Assembly (NCBI RefSeq): GCF_011045215.1
Contig: NZ_CP049201.1
DNA from: Escherichia coli
Lineage (GTDB): Bacteria > Pseudomonadota > Gammaproteobacteria > Enterobacterales > Enterobacteriaceae
DNA: 64,000 nucleotides
Strand: one strand, 5' to 3'
Every line of letters begins with the position of its first letter. Position 1 is the first letter of the stretch. The translations under genes were made by a program, and so were the position numbers. Below, piece by piece: positions 50,310 through 60,258 of the stretch. The notes beneath the pieces are model-generated. The model was not told the DNA's origin. It searched no databases and saw nothing but the letters and a program-made list of their open reading frames with translations.

Positions 50310-52748
50310 ATGGCTATCAAAAAAACCGAACTCTATTCTTCCCTGTGGGCAAGCTGCGACGAACTGCGTGGCGGGATGGACGCCAGCCAGTACAAAGACT
50401 ATGTACTGACCCTGCTGTTTATGAAGTACGTTTCCGATAAGTATAAAGGCGATCCTTACGGGATGATCGTGATACCCAAAGGAGCCAGCTTTGACGATAT
50501 GGTTGCGCTGAAAAATGACAAAGAGATCGGCGACAAAATCAACAAAATCATCCACAAGCTGGCGGAAGAGAACGGCCTGAAGGGCGTCATCGACGAAGCC
50601 GACTTTAACGACGAAGATAAGCTCGGCAAAGGCAAGGAAATGATTGACCGCCTGAGCAAGCTTGTCGGTATCTTTGAAGGGTTAAATCTCTCCAGCAACC
50701 GGGCCGAAGGCGACGATCTGCTGGGCGATGCCTATGAATATCTGATGCGTCACTTCGCAACCGAATCCGGTAAGAGTAAAGGGCAGTTTTACACTCCAGC
50801 GGAGGTGTCACGTATTCTGGCGAAGGTGATTGGTATTACTCCCGATACTCCGCAAGATGCAACGGTTTATGACCCAACCTGTGGCTCTGGTTCGCTGCTG
50901 TTGAAAGTGAATGATGAAGCCCGGCGCGGACTGTCGATTTTCGGCCAGGAGATGGATAACGCTACCAGTGCGCTGGCGCGGATGAACATGATTCTGCATA
51001 ACAATGCCACCGCGAAAATCTGGCAGGGCAATACGCTGAGCGATCCGCAGTGGAAAGAGGCGAACGGCAAACTGAAAGCCTTCGATTTTGCCGTGGCGAA
51101 CCCGCCTTTTTCCAATAAAAACTGGACCAACGGGCTGACGCCGAAAAAAGATCCGTTTGAACGCTTCGGCTGGGGTATTCCGCCGGAAAAAAACGGCGAT
51201 TATGCTTTTTTGTTGCATATCATTAAAAGCCTGAAAAGTACCGGCAAAGGCGCGGTGATCCTGCCCCACGGCGTACTGTTTCGCGGTAACGCCGAAGCGA
51301 ATATCCGTGAAAATCTAATCAAGCAGGGCTATATCAAAGGCGTTATTGGTTTGCCAGCCAACCTGTTTTACGGCACCGGCATCCCGGCGTGCATCATTGT
51401 GATTGATAAAGAGCACGCCCACAGCCGCAAAGGCATTTTTATGATCGACGCCAGCCGGGGCTTTATCAAAGATGGCAACAAGAACCGCCTGCGTAGCCGA
51501 GATATTCACCGCATTGTGGACGTGTTCAACCATCAGCGAACGGTACCTGGCTACAGCCGGATGGTGCCCTCCAGCGAGATCGCCGGAAATGATTACAACC
51601 TGAATATTCCTCGCTATATCGAGAGCGGCGAGCCGGAAGATTTACACGATCTGACCGCGCACTTACAGGGCGGTATTCCGGCACGCGATGTGGATGCTTT
51701 GCAAGATTACTGGCGGGTATTCCCTGCCCTGCGCAACGTGCTGTTTGCTGACGACCGTCCCGGTTACTGTCGGGCGCAGGTGAACGCGCAACAGGTGAAA
51801 CCGACCATTCTGGCGCATCAGGAGTTTAAGGATTTTGCCACCCGCAGCCTGCTACCGTTTAAAGCGTGGGTGAAAGAGGCAAGTCTGGAAGAGATTCGCA
51901 AAGGTGATAAACCCAAAGCGCTAATCCACGATATCAGCGAAATGCTATTGGCGCAGTACGCCAACAGTGAGTTGCTGAACAAATACAGCGTGTACCAGAT
52001 CCTGATGGATTACTGGACTGATGTCATGCAAGACGATGTGTATGCGATTATGCAGGATGGCTGGCAAGCCGCCGCGCAAATCCGCGAGCTTCAGCCGGTG
52101 AAAGGCAAAGATGGCAAAAACATCTGGAAAGAAACGCACGATTTCGAGTTTACCAAACGGCGCTACAAGGCCGATGTGCTGCCCCGTTCGCTGGTGGAAA
52201 TTCGCTGTTTCCCGGAACTGCTGGATGCGCTGAACCGCGCGCAGGAGCGCAGTGAAGAAGCCAGTCGTCAGCTAGTGGAATTCATCGAGGAGCAGGCAGG
52301 TGAAGAGGATCTGCTGGCCGAGGCGAAGAACGATAAAGATAAGGTGACGCAAAAGCTGGTGAATGCCCGTCTAGCACAGTTAAAGAAAACCACTGCCGGC
52401 CCAGATGAGCTGGCAGTGCTGAACCGCTGCCTGGCGCTAATTAAGGCCGAAGCCAGTGCGAAAAAAGCGCTGAAAGCCGCACAAGAAGCGCTGGATCGGG
52501 CGGTGTTTAAACATTATCCCACGCTGGATGAAGCAGCGATTAAAACGCTGGTAGTGCAGGATAAGTGGCTGGCAACGTTGCAGGCAGGGATCAAGGCGGA
52601 GATTGAGCGTATTACCCAGCAACTGGCGTCGCGCGTAAAGGAGCTGGAAGAGCGTTATGCTGAACCGTTGCTAGCGCTTGAAGCCTCCGTTGAGGCGTTG
52701 AGCGAGAAAGTGGCCGGGCATTTGCGGGCGATGGGGCTGGAGTGGTGA
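50310..52748 (+). CDS. hsdM: type I restriction-modification system methyltransferase subunit HsdM (long form)
   Basis: ORF track 812 aa; AdoMet motif DPTCGSGSLL and catalytic motif VANPPFS read directly; stop overlaps hsdS start. Confidence 0.9.
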   Translation: MAIKKTELYSSLWASCDELRGGMDASQYKDYVLTLLFMKYVSDKYKGDPYGMIVIPKGASFDDMVALKNDKEIGDKINKIIHKLAEENGLKGVIDEADFNDEDKLGKGKEMIDRLSKLVGIFEGLNLSSNRAEGDDLLGDAYEYLMRHFATESGKSKGQFYTPAEVSRILAKVIGITPDTPQDATVYDPTCGSGSLLLKVNDEARRGLSIFGQEMDNATSALARMNMILHNNATAKIWQGNTLSDPQWKEANGKLKAFDFAVANPPFSNKNWTNGLTPKKDPFERFGWGIPPEKNGDYAFLLHIIKSLKSTGKGAVILPHGVLFRGNAEANIRENLIKQGYIKGVIGLPANLFYGTGIPACIIVIDKEHAHSRKGIFMIDASRGFIKDGNKNRLRSRDIHRIVDVFNHQRTVPGYSRMVPSSEIAGNDYNLNIPRYIESGEPEDLHDLTAHLQGGIPARDVDALQDYWRVFPALRNVLFADDRPGYCRAQVNAQQVKPTILAHQEFKDFATRSLLPFKAWVKEASLEEIRKGDKPKALIHDISEMLLAQYANSELLNKYSVYQILMDYWTDVMQDDVYAIMQDGWQAAAQIRELQPVKGKDGKNIWKETHDFEFTKRRYKADVLPRSLVEIRCFPELLDALNRAQERSEEASRQLVEFIEEQAGEEDLLAEAKNDKDKVTQKLVNARLAQLKKTTAGPDELAVLNRCLALIKAEASAKKALKAAQEALDRAVFKHYPTLDEAAIKTLVVQDKWLATLQAGIKAEIERITQQLASRVKELEERYAEPLLALEASVEALSEKVAGHLRAMGLEW

Positions 52749-54088
52749 TGGTGGATTTAATGGTGAATGAGCAACGGTCGAGTACGGCGGGGAAAGATGT
52801 GCCTGCGGGGTATAAACTGACTGAGGTGGGCGTGATTCCTGAGGATTGGGATTGCGTACCATTTGGTAATCTGTTTAAAACAAACACAAAGAAAAAAAAA
52901 GTCAGCGATTATGAGCTAGTTTCATTTATTGGGATGCAGGATGTTAGTGAAGATGCACAATTAAAAAATAATACTCAACTTCCTTTTAAAGAAGTTAAAA
53001 GTGGTTTTACTTACTTTGAAAAAGGGGATGTTTTATTAGCTAAAATAACCCCTTGTTTTGAAAATGGAAAAGGATGTCATACCGCTGATTTACCTACTAA
53101 TGTAGGTTTTGGGAGTACGGAATTTCATGTATTAAGGGAAAATGAAGACTCCGATTCTCGCTTCATCTATTTTTGGACAACTGATAAAAAATTCAGAGCA
53201 TCACTGGAATCTGAAATGGTGGGAAGTGCGGGACACCGTCGTGTGCCGCTAGTTGCTATAGAAAAATATTTGATTCCATGTCCCCCAAATTTGCAAGAGC
53301 AAAGTGCTATTGCTGATTCATTATCTGATATTAATAATTTTATTCTAGCTCTAGAAAAGCTTATCGTTAAAAAACAAGCCATTAAAACCGCTACTATGCA
53401 GCAACTACTGACGGGTAAAACCCGTTTGCCACAGTTTGCGTTACGCAAAGATGGCTCTGCTAAGGGATATAAAAAGAGCGAGTTGGGGGCGATTCCTGAA
53501 GATTGGGTAGTCACAAGCATTGGACAATTTACTGACTGCTGTGCTGGTGGAACTCCGAGTACTAAAATTTCAGCATATTGGGGAGGAACTCATCCTTGGA
53601 TGAGTTCCGGCGAATTACACTTAAAACAAGTGTATGCTGTAGCCGATTATATAACCGACGAAGGGCTTGTTAACTCCAGTACAAAGTATGTGCCTAAAAA
53701 TTCTGTATTAGTCGGATTGGCAGGACAAGGAAAGACTCGAGGGACTGTAGCAATTAATCGCATTGAATTATGTACTAATCAGTCTATTGCTGCGATTTTC
53801 CCCAGCAAACATCATTCCACAGAATTCCTGTTCTATAACCTCGACAGTCGTTATGAGGAACTGAGAAGTTTATCTACTGGTGATGGGGGGCGTGGTGGGT
53901 TGAATCTTACTATTATCAGGAAATTACATCTTGCATTTCCGCCAAAAGAAGAACAAGCCGCCATCGCCGCCATCCTCTCCGATATGGACAAGGAAATCCA
54001 GATCCTGCAACAGCGTCTGGACAAAACCCGCCAGCTTAAGCAAGGGATGATGCAGGAACTGTTAACCGGGAAAATCCGCTTAATATAG
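52748..54088 (+). CDS. hsdS: type I restriction-modification system specificity subunit HsdS
   Basis: ORF track 52742..54088 (448 aa); ATG at 52748 overlaps the hsdM TGA; two target-recognition-like halves with AT-rich codon usage. Confidence 0.88.
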   Translation: MVDLMVNEQRSSTAGKDVPAGYKLTEVGVIPEDWDCVPFGNLFKTNTKKKKVSDYELVSFIGMQDVSEDAQLKNNTQLPFKEVKSGFTYFEKGDVLLAKITPCFENGKGCHTADLPTNVGFGSTEFHVLRENEDSDSRFIYFWTTDKKFRASLESEMVGSAGHRRVPLVAIEKYLIPCPPNLQEQSAIADSLSDINNFILALEKLIVKKQAIKTATMQQLLTGKTRLPQFALRKDGSAKGYKKSELGAIPEDWVVTSIGQFTDCCAGGTPSTKISAYWGGTHPWMSSGELHLKQVYAVADYITDEGLVNSSTKYVPKNSVLVGLAGQGKTRGTVAINRIELCTNQSIAAIFPSKHHSTEFLFYNLDSRYEELRSLSTGDGGRGGLNLTIIRKLHLAFPPKEEQAAIAAILSDMDKEIQILQQRLDKTRQLKQGMMQELLTGKIRLI

Positions 54089-54100
54089 AAGGGAAAGCAC

Positions 54101-54757
54101 ATGGCTTATGATTACAGCGCCAGCCTCAACCCGCAAAAAGCTCTGATCTGGCGTATCGTCCATCGGGACAATATCCCGTGGATTCTGGATAACGGGCTGC
54201 ACTGCGGCAACAGTCTGGTGCAGGCGGAAAACTGGATCAATATCGGCAACCCGGAGCTGATCGGCAAGCGTGCCGGGCATCCGGTACCTGTCGGAACGGG
54301 CGGGACACTGCATGACTATGTGCCGTTTTATTTTACCCCCTTCTCGCCAATGCTGATGAACATCCACAGCGGGCGCGGCGGCATTAAGCAACGCCCCAAT
54401 GAGGAGATCGTTATTCTGGTCAGCAACTTGCGGAACGTGGCAGCACACGACGTGCCCTTCGTGTTTACCGACAGCCATGCTTACTATAACTGGACCAACT
54501 ACTACACCAGTCTGAATAGTCTGGACCAGATCGACTGGCCCATTTTGCAGGCACGGGACTTTCGCCGCGATCCAGACGATCCGGCTAAATTTGAACGCTA
54601 TCAGGCAGAGGCGCTAATCTGGCAACACTGCCCGATCTCTCTGCTGGATGGGATAATTTGTTACAGCGAAGAGGTCAGGTTACAATTAGAGCAATGGCTG
54701 TTTCAGCGTAATCTAACAATGTCCGTTCACACACGGGCTGGATGGTACTTCTCATGA
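54101..54757 (+). CDS. darT: DarT, DNA ADP-ribosyltransferase toxin (DUF4433)
   Basis: ORF track 218 aa; motifs [18 protein letters not shown] and C-terminal GWY(F) line up with recalled DarT; starts 13 nt after hsdS stop. Confidence 0.88.
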
Positions 54758-55821
54758 TCACATATACACAAGGCAATTTACTGGACGCACCGGTGGAAGC
54801 TCTGGTGAATACGGTTAATACCGTCGGTGTCATGGGGAAAGGCATCGCGTTGATGTTTAAAGAGCGCTTCCCCGAAAATATGAAAGTCTATGCCCTCGCT
54901 TGCAAACAAAAGCAGGTGATCACCGGCAAAATGTTCATTACCGAAACCGGGGAACTGATGGGACCGCGCTGGATTGTTAATTTTCCGACCAAACAGCACT
55001 GGCGCGCTGATTCCCGCATGGAGTGGATTGAAGATGGCTTGCAGGACTTACGCCGCTTTTTGATTGAAGAGAACGTGCAGTCCATCGCCATTCCACCACT
55101 GGGCGCAGGCAACGGTGGTTTGAACTGGCCGGACGTTCGGGCGCAGATTGAATCTGCCCTTGGCGACCTTCAGGACGTTGATATCCTGATTTACCAACCG
55201 ACTGAAAAATACCAGAACGTTGCCAAAAGCACTGGCGTAAAAAAGCTCACTCCCGCCAGAGCCGCCATCGCTGAACTGGTGCGTCGCTACTGGGTATTGG
55301 GGATGGAGTGCAGCCTACTGGAAATCCAGAAACTGGCCTGGCTGTTACAACGCGCCATTGAGCAGCATCAACAGGACGATATCCTCAAACTGCGGTTTGA
55401 AGCTCACTATTATGGCCCCTATGCGCCCAATCTGAACCATCTGCTTAATGCGCTGGACGGCACCTATCTAAAAGCCGAGAAACGCATCCCGGACAGCCAA
55501 CCGCTGGATGTGATCTGGTTTAACGATCAAAAAAAAGAACACGTTAATGCGTATCTGAACAACGAAGCCAGAGAGTGGCTACCTGCGCTGGAGCAGGTCA
55601 GCCAGTTAATTGACGGCTTTGAATCGCCGTTTGGTCTGGAGTTGCTGGCAACCGTAGACTGGTTGCTGAGCCGTGGCGAATGTCAACCAACGCTGGATTC
55701 CGTTAAGGAAGGACTGCACCAGTGGCCTGCGGGCGAACGCTGGGCCAGCCGTAAGTTGAGGCTGTTTGATAATAATAATCTGCAATTTGCCATTAACCGC
55801 GTAATGGAGTTCCATTGCTGA
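54754..55821 (+). CDS. darG: DarG, macrodomain antitoxin (DNA ADP-ribosyl glycohydrolase)
   Basis: ORF track 54742..55821; ATG at 54754 overlaps darT stop (ATGA); N-terminal macrodomain signature [39 protein letters not shown]; about 200-aa C-terminal domain. Confidence 0.88.
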
Positions 55822-55839
55822 GGGTTTAAGGAGCGCCTT

Positions 55840-58800
55840 TTGAGTACCGTGGGCCAGCGCGAACGCGCCACACAGCAGCGTCTGATTCAGTTTTTTGTTG
55901 AAGATTTAGGATACCGCCATCTGAGTCACCGCACCGGGTACACCGGGAACAGCAACATCGACACTAATATACTGAGCGCGTGGCTAAAACGGCGCGGCGT
56001 TAATGATACGTTGATCACCCGGGCGTTGCGGCAACTGGATTCCGCCGCCGCCCTGGGCGAAGGCAAAAAACTCTATTACGCCAATAAAGAGGTCTATCGC
56101 CTGCTGCGTTACGGCGTGAAAGACAAAGAAGGTGCAGGCGAGCAGAACCAAACCGTGTGGCTGATTGACTGGGCCAACCCACAAGCCAATGATTTCGCCA
56201 TCGCCGATGAGGTGACGGTCAAAGGCGAGTACTGCAAGCGCCCGGATCTGGTGCTGTACGTTAACGGCATTGCGCTGGGCGTGATTGAACTTAAGCGTTC
56301 GTCAGTGCACGTCAGCGAAGGTATCCGGCAGAATCTCGATAATCAAAAGAAAACCTTTATCCGCGATTTCTTCACCACTATGCAGTTAGTGATGGCAGGC
56401 AACGATACGCAGGGCCTGCGCTACGGCACCATCGAAACCCCGGAAAAATACTATCTGGAGTGGAAAGAAGATAATCCAGGCGACTATACACATAAACTCG
56501 ACTTTCATTTAAGTCGTCTGTGTAGCAAATCCAGGCTGTTGGATATCGTCCATAATTACATTGTCTTTGATGTCGGGGTGAAAAAACTCTGCCGCCATAA
56601 TCAGTTCTTCGGCGTCGAGGCGGCTAAGCAACATATTGCCCGTCGTGAAGGCGGTATTATCTGGCACACACAGGGATCGGGTAAAAGCCTGACGATGGTC
56701 TGGCTGGCGAAGTGGATCCGTGAAAATGTGCCAAACTCCCGCGTGTTGATTGTGACTGACCGCACCGAACTGGATGAACAGATCGAAAGCGTGTTTATGG
56801 GCGTGAATGAAGATATTTATCGCACCTCCAGCGGCAACGATCTTATCGCAACGCTCAATCATCCTAACCCGTGGCTTATTTGCTCGCTGGTGCATAAATT
56901 TGGTTGTCGCAGCGAAGCTGAAGACAATGCGGCTACCGACGCCTTTATCACCGAATTACAGCAGTCCCTGACGAAAACATTCCGCGCCAAAGGCGATCTG
57001 TTTGTTTTTGTGGACGAGTGCCACCGCACACAATCCGGCAAGCTGCATAACGCCATGACTGCCATTCTGCCGGACGCCCTGTTTATCGGTTTTACCGGCA
57101 CACCGCTGATGAAGAAAGATAAGAAGAAGTCGGTTGAGGTGTTCGGCCCTTATATCCATACCTATAAATTTGATGAAGCGGTGGCCGACGGTGTGGTGCT
57201 GGATCTGCGCTACGAGGCGCGCGATATTGACCAGTATCTGACATCAGAGAAAAAGGTCGATGACTGGTTTGAAGCCAAGACTCGCGGTTTGTCGAATTTA
57301 GCCAGGACCCAGCTTAAGCAAAAGTGGGGATCAATGCAGAAGCTGCTCTCCAGCAAGTCGCGGCTGGAGCAGATCGTTAACGACATTTTGCTGGATATGG
57401 ATACCCGTCCACGCCTGATGGACGGGCGCGGCAACGCCATGCTGGTATGCAGCAGTATCTATCAAGCCTGCAAGGTTTACGAGATGTTCAGCCAGACCGA
57501 GCTGGCAGGAAAAGTAGCGATTGTGACCAGCTATCGCCCCGATGCCGCCAGCATCAAAGGCGAAGAAACGGGCGAAGGGTTAACGGAGAAACTCTCTAAA
57601 CACGCCACCTATCGTAAAATGTTGGCTGACTATTTTGAACAAAGTGAAGAGAAGGCCGCCGCACGCATTACCGAGTTCGAGCGGGAAGTGAAACAACGTT
57701 TTATTGAAGAGCCGGGGCAAATGCGCCTGCTTATCGTGGTGGACAAGCTGTTGACTGGCTTTGACGCGCCGTCCGCCACCTATCTCTACATTGATAAAAC
57801 CATGACCGACCATACGCTGTTTCAGGCGATTTGTCGGGTGAACCGGCTGGACGGTGAGGATAAAGAGTATGGCTATATTATCGATTATAAAGATCTGTTC
57901 CGTTCGCTGGATAAAGCGATTACCGATTACACCACGGGCGCGTTTGATGATTACGATCGGGACGATGTGGCCGGGTTGCTGAAAGACAGGCTGGAGCAGG
58001 CGCAACTGGATCTCGACAGCGCGCTGGAGATGGTTCGCAGCTTATGTGAGCCCGTCAAAACCCCGCGCAGCCTGCAGGACTATCAGCACTATTTTTGCGG
58101 TAAATCAGGAGAGAATCAGACTTCGTTAAACGAAAAAGAGGCGCTGCGCCTGACATTTTACCAGTGCGTCGCCCGTCTGCTACGCGCTTATGCCAGCATC
58201 GCCAATGAAATGCCGGAAGCAGGCTACACTGCCGAAGAGGTAGAGAGCATTCGCGCCGAAGTCGCTGAATTCGAAAAACTGCGCTATGAGATTAAGCTGA
58301 CCAGCGGCGATCTTCTGGATATGAAGCGCTTTGAACCCGCTATGCGTCATTTACTGGATATGTATGTTCGCGCCGATGGTAGCGAAGTGCTGATGGATTT
58401 TGAAGAGTTAAGTCTGATTGAACTGATTGTCGAGAAAGGCTTGGCGGCGACCGTCGCCCTGCCGGATGATATCCGTAATAATCAGGATGCGATGGCGGAA
58501 ACCATCGAAAACAACGTGCGCAAAACCATCGTGGATGAAAACCCGGTTAACCCAAAATACTATGGACGCATGTCGCAGCTGCTGGATGAACTGATTACCC
58601 TTCGCCGACAAAATGCGCTCAATTATCAGCAGTATCTGGAACGTATCCGCGATTTGTGTAAACAGGTCATCCGCCCGGAGCAAACCGCCGGAGCGTGCTA
58701 CCCTGCCACCATGGATACACAAGCAAAGCGCGCCTTCTATGACAACTTCGGCCACGACGAGGTACTGGCGACCCGCATAGATACGACAATTCGCTATACC

Positions 58801-58935
58801 AAAAGGGCAGAGTGGATTGGCGATCGTTTTAAAGAACGGGAAATTGCCAACGCATTACGTGAAGAGACCGCCAGCTATAATATTGATATTGATGAGGTGA
58901 TAGCGCTTGCCCGTCAGCAGAAGGAATATCACTGA
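55840..58935 (+). CDS. hsdR: type I restriction enzyme endonuclease/translocase subunit HsdR
   Basis: ORF track 1031 aa; nuclease-like DLVLYVNGIALGVIELK and helicase DECH (FVFVDECHRTQ) motifs read; starts 19 nt after darG. Confidence 0.92.
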   Translation: MSTVGQRERATQQRLIQFFVEDLGYRHLSHRTGYTGNSNIDTNILSAWLKRRGVNDTLITRALRQLDSAAALGEGKKLYYANKEVYRLLRYGVKDKEGAGEQNQTVWLIDWANPQANDFAIADEVTVKGEYCKRPDLVLYVNGIALGVIELKRSSVHVSEGIRQNLDNQKKTFIRDFFTTMQLVMAGNDTQGLRYGTIETPEKYYLEWKEDNPGDYTHKLDFHLSRLCSKSRLLDIVHNYIVFDVGVKKLCRHNQFFGVEAAKQHIARREGGIIWHTQGSGKSLTMVWLAKWIRENVPNSRVLIVTDRTELDEQIESVFMGVNEDIYRTSSGNDLIATLNHPNPWLICSLVHKFGCRSEAEDNAATDAFITELQQSLTKTFRAKGDLFVFVDECHRTQSGKLHNAMTAILPDALFIGFTGTPLMKKDKKKSVEVFGPYIHTYKFDEAVADGVVLDLRYEARDIDQYLTSEKKVDDWFEAKTRGLSNLARTQLKQKWGSMQKLLSSKSRLEQIVNDILLDMDTRPRLMDGRGNAMLVCSSIYQACKVYEMFSQTELAGKVAIVTSYRPDAASIKGEETGEGLTEKLSKHATYRKMLADYFEQSEEKAAARITEFEREVKQRFIEEPGQMRLLIVVDKLLTGFDAPSATYLYIDKTMTDHTLFQAICRVNRLDGEDKEYGYIIDYKDLFRSLDKAITDYTTGAFDDYDRDDVAGLLKDRLEQAQLDLDSALEMVRSLCEPVKTPRSLQDYQHYFCGKSGENQTSLNEKEALRLTFYQCVARLLRAYASIANEMPEAGYTAEEVESIRAEVAEFEKLRYEIKLTSGDLLDMKRFEPAMRHLLDMYVRADGSEVLMDFEELSLIELIVEKGLAATVALPDDIRNNQDAMAETIENNVRKTIVDENPVNPKYYGRMSQLLDELITLRRQNALNYQQYLERIRDLCKQVIRPEQTAGACYPATMDTQAKRAFYDNFGHDEVLATRIDTTIRYTKRAEWIGDRFKEREIANALREETASYNIDIDEVIALARQQKEYH

Positions 58936-59651
58936 TGCCAATCATGCAAATAGGCTCGTTACACTTGCTGGTCAACCGTAAGGCGATTAAGAATCTGCAT
59001 ATCAGCGTGCTGCCGCCTGATGGCAAAGTCCGCGTTTCAGCGCCGGAACATATGACGGAGACGGCGATTCGTATGGCGGTTGCTTCACGCTTTCGCTGGA
59101 TCAGAAAACAGCAGCAGGATTTCGCCAGACAGCCTCGTCAATCAGAGAGGGAAATGGTCAGCGGAGAGTGCCACTATCTTTGGGGCCGAAGATATCGCCT
59201 ACTTGTGATTGAGCGTCACGGGCGTCACGAAGTAAAAGTTGCGGGAAATAATAAGCTCCAGCTTTATGTTCAACCGGGAACCCGTGATGAAAATAAGGCA
59301 TTGGCGTTAAGTGAATTTTATCGACATGAACTAAAACAGCAGGTGGCTAAGCTTCTACCTGAATGGCAAGACCGAATCGGTGTTCCCCTAACATTCTGGG
59401 GCATCAAAAAGATGAAAACCTTTTGGGGCACCTGTAACACTACAACAAAACGAATCTGGCTCAATCTGGAGCTAATTAAGAAGCCGCCGGAGTGTCTGGA
59501 GTATATTCTGGTGCATGAACTGGTTCATCTTCTGGAACGTCACCATAATGCTCGCTTCCGGTTGCATATGGATCGGTTTATTCCTGACTGGCGTGAGCGT
59601 CGGGATTTGTTAAATAATATGCCGTTAGCGTTTGAGGCATGGGAGTATTGA
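58935..59651 (+). CDS. DUF45/YgjP-like zinc metallopeptidase-domain protein
   Basis: ORF track 238 aa; HEXXH motif ILVHELVHLLERHH; ATG overlaps the hsdR stop by 1 nt. Confidence 0.8.
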   Translation: MPIMQIGSLHLLVNRKAIKNLHISVLPPDGKVRVSAPEHMTETAIRMAVASRFRWIRKQQQDFARQPRQSEREMVSGECHYLWGRRYRLLVIERHGRHEVKVAGNNKLQLYVQPGTRDENKALALSEFYRHELKQQVAKLLPEWQDRIGVPLTFWGIKKMKTFWGTCNTTTKRIWLNLELIKKPPECLEYILVHELVHLLERHHNARFRLHMDRFIPDWRERRDLLNNMPLAFEAWEY

Positions 59652-60258
59652 TTGAGCCTGTAACTGTTTTTTGTCCATAAATTAACCTTCATTTGATGCT
59701 GGATAGAACATATCAAAATCAGACAATTACACAAATCTATGTACAGGCTCAACTCCTGCCATGGAACGTAGTACTCACCAATAAGTAAGCATCAATACGG
59801 CGCTCCGTTAACGCTTACTAGCATGGTTATCTCCTTAAAAAATTGAGGCGACAACTATGCTGACACAGGGGGTTACTCACCGATCTCCTTCACGGTAATA
59901 CGCAGTTCTTCAGAACCCGCCTCCGATACCAGCCTGGCGGTCGCCCCGGCGCAAGCAAAATAAATCGACCATTGTCAGACTGCGATCGTTCGGATGCCCC
60001 GCCACCGACGCATCAGTATGAGTTAACCGAAACGATACAAAATTGCCTGAGAATCATTACGCTGGCTGATGGAAGGCACACCAAAAGCCTCTGCACAGAA
60101 CGATGTTCGGCAACAACAGAAACATGATTGCGTTCATGGCAATAGTCATTCGTACCGTTACAGGCGGTATTGATTTATTACAGACAAGCGGTACATATAT
60201 GTACCGCTTGGTTAAGTAAAAAAACAGATATGAACGCTATTATGTTCATTCTACTTTA

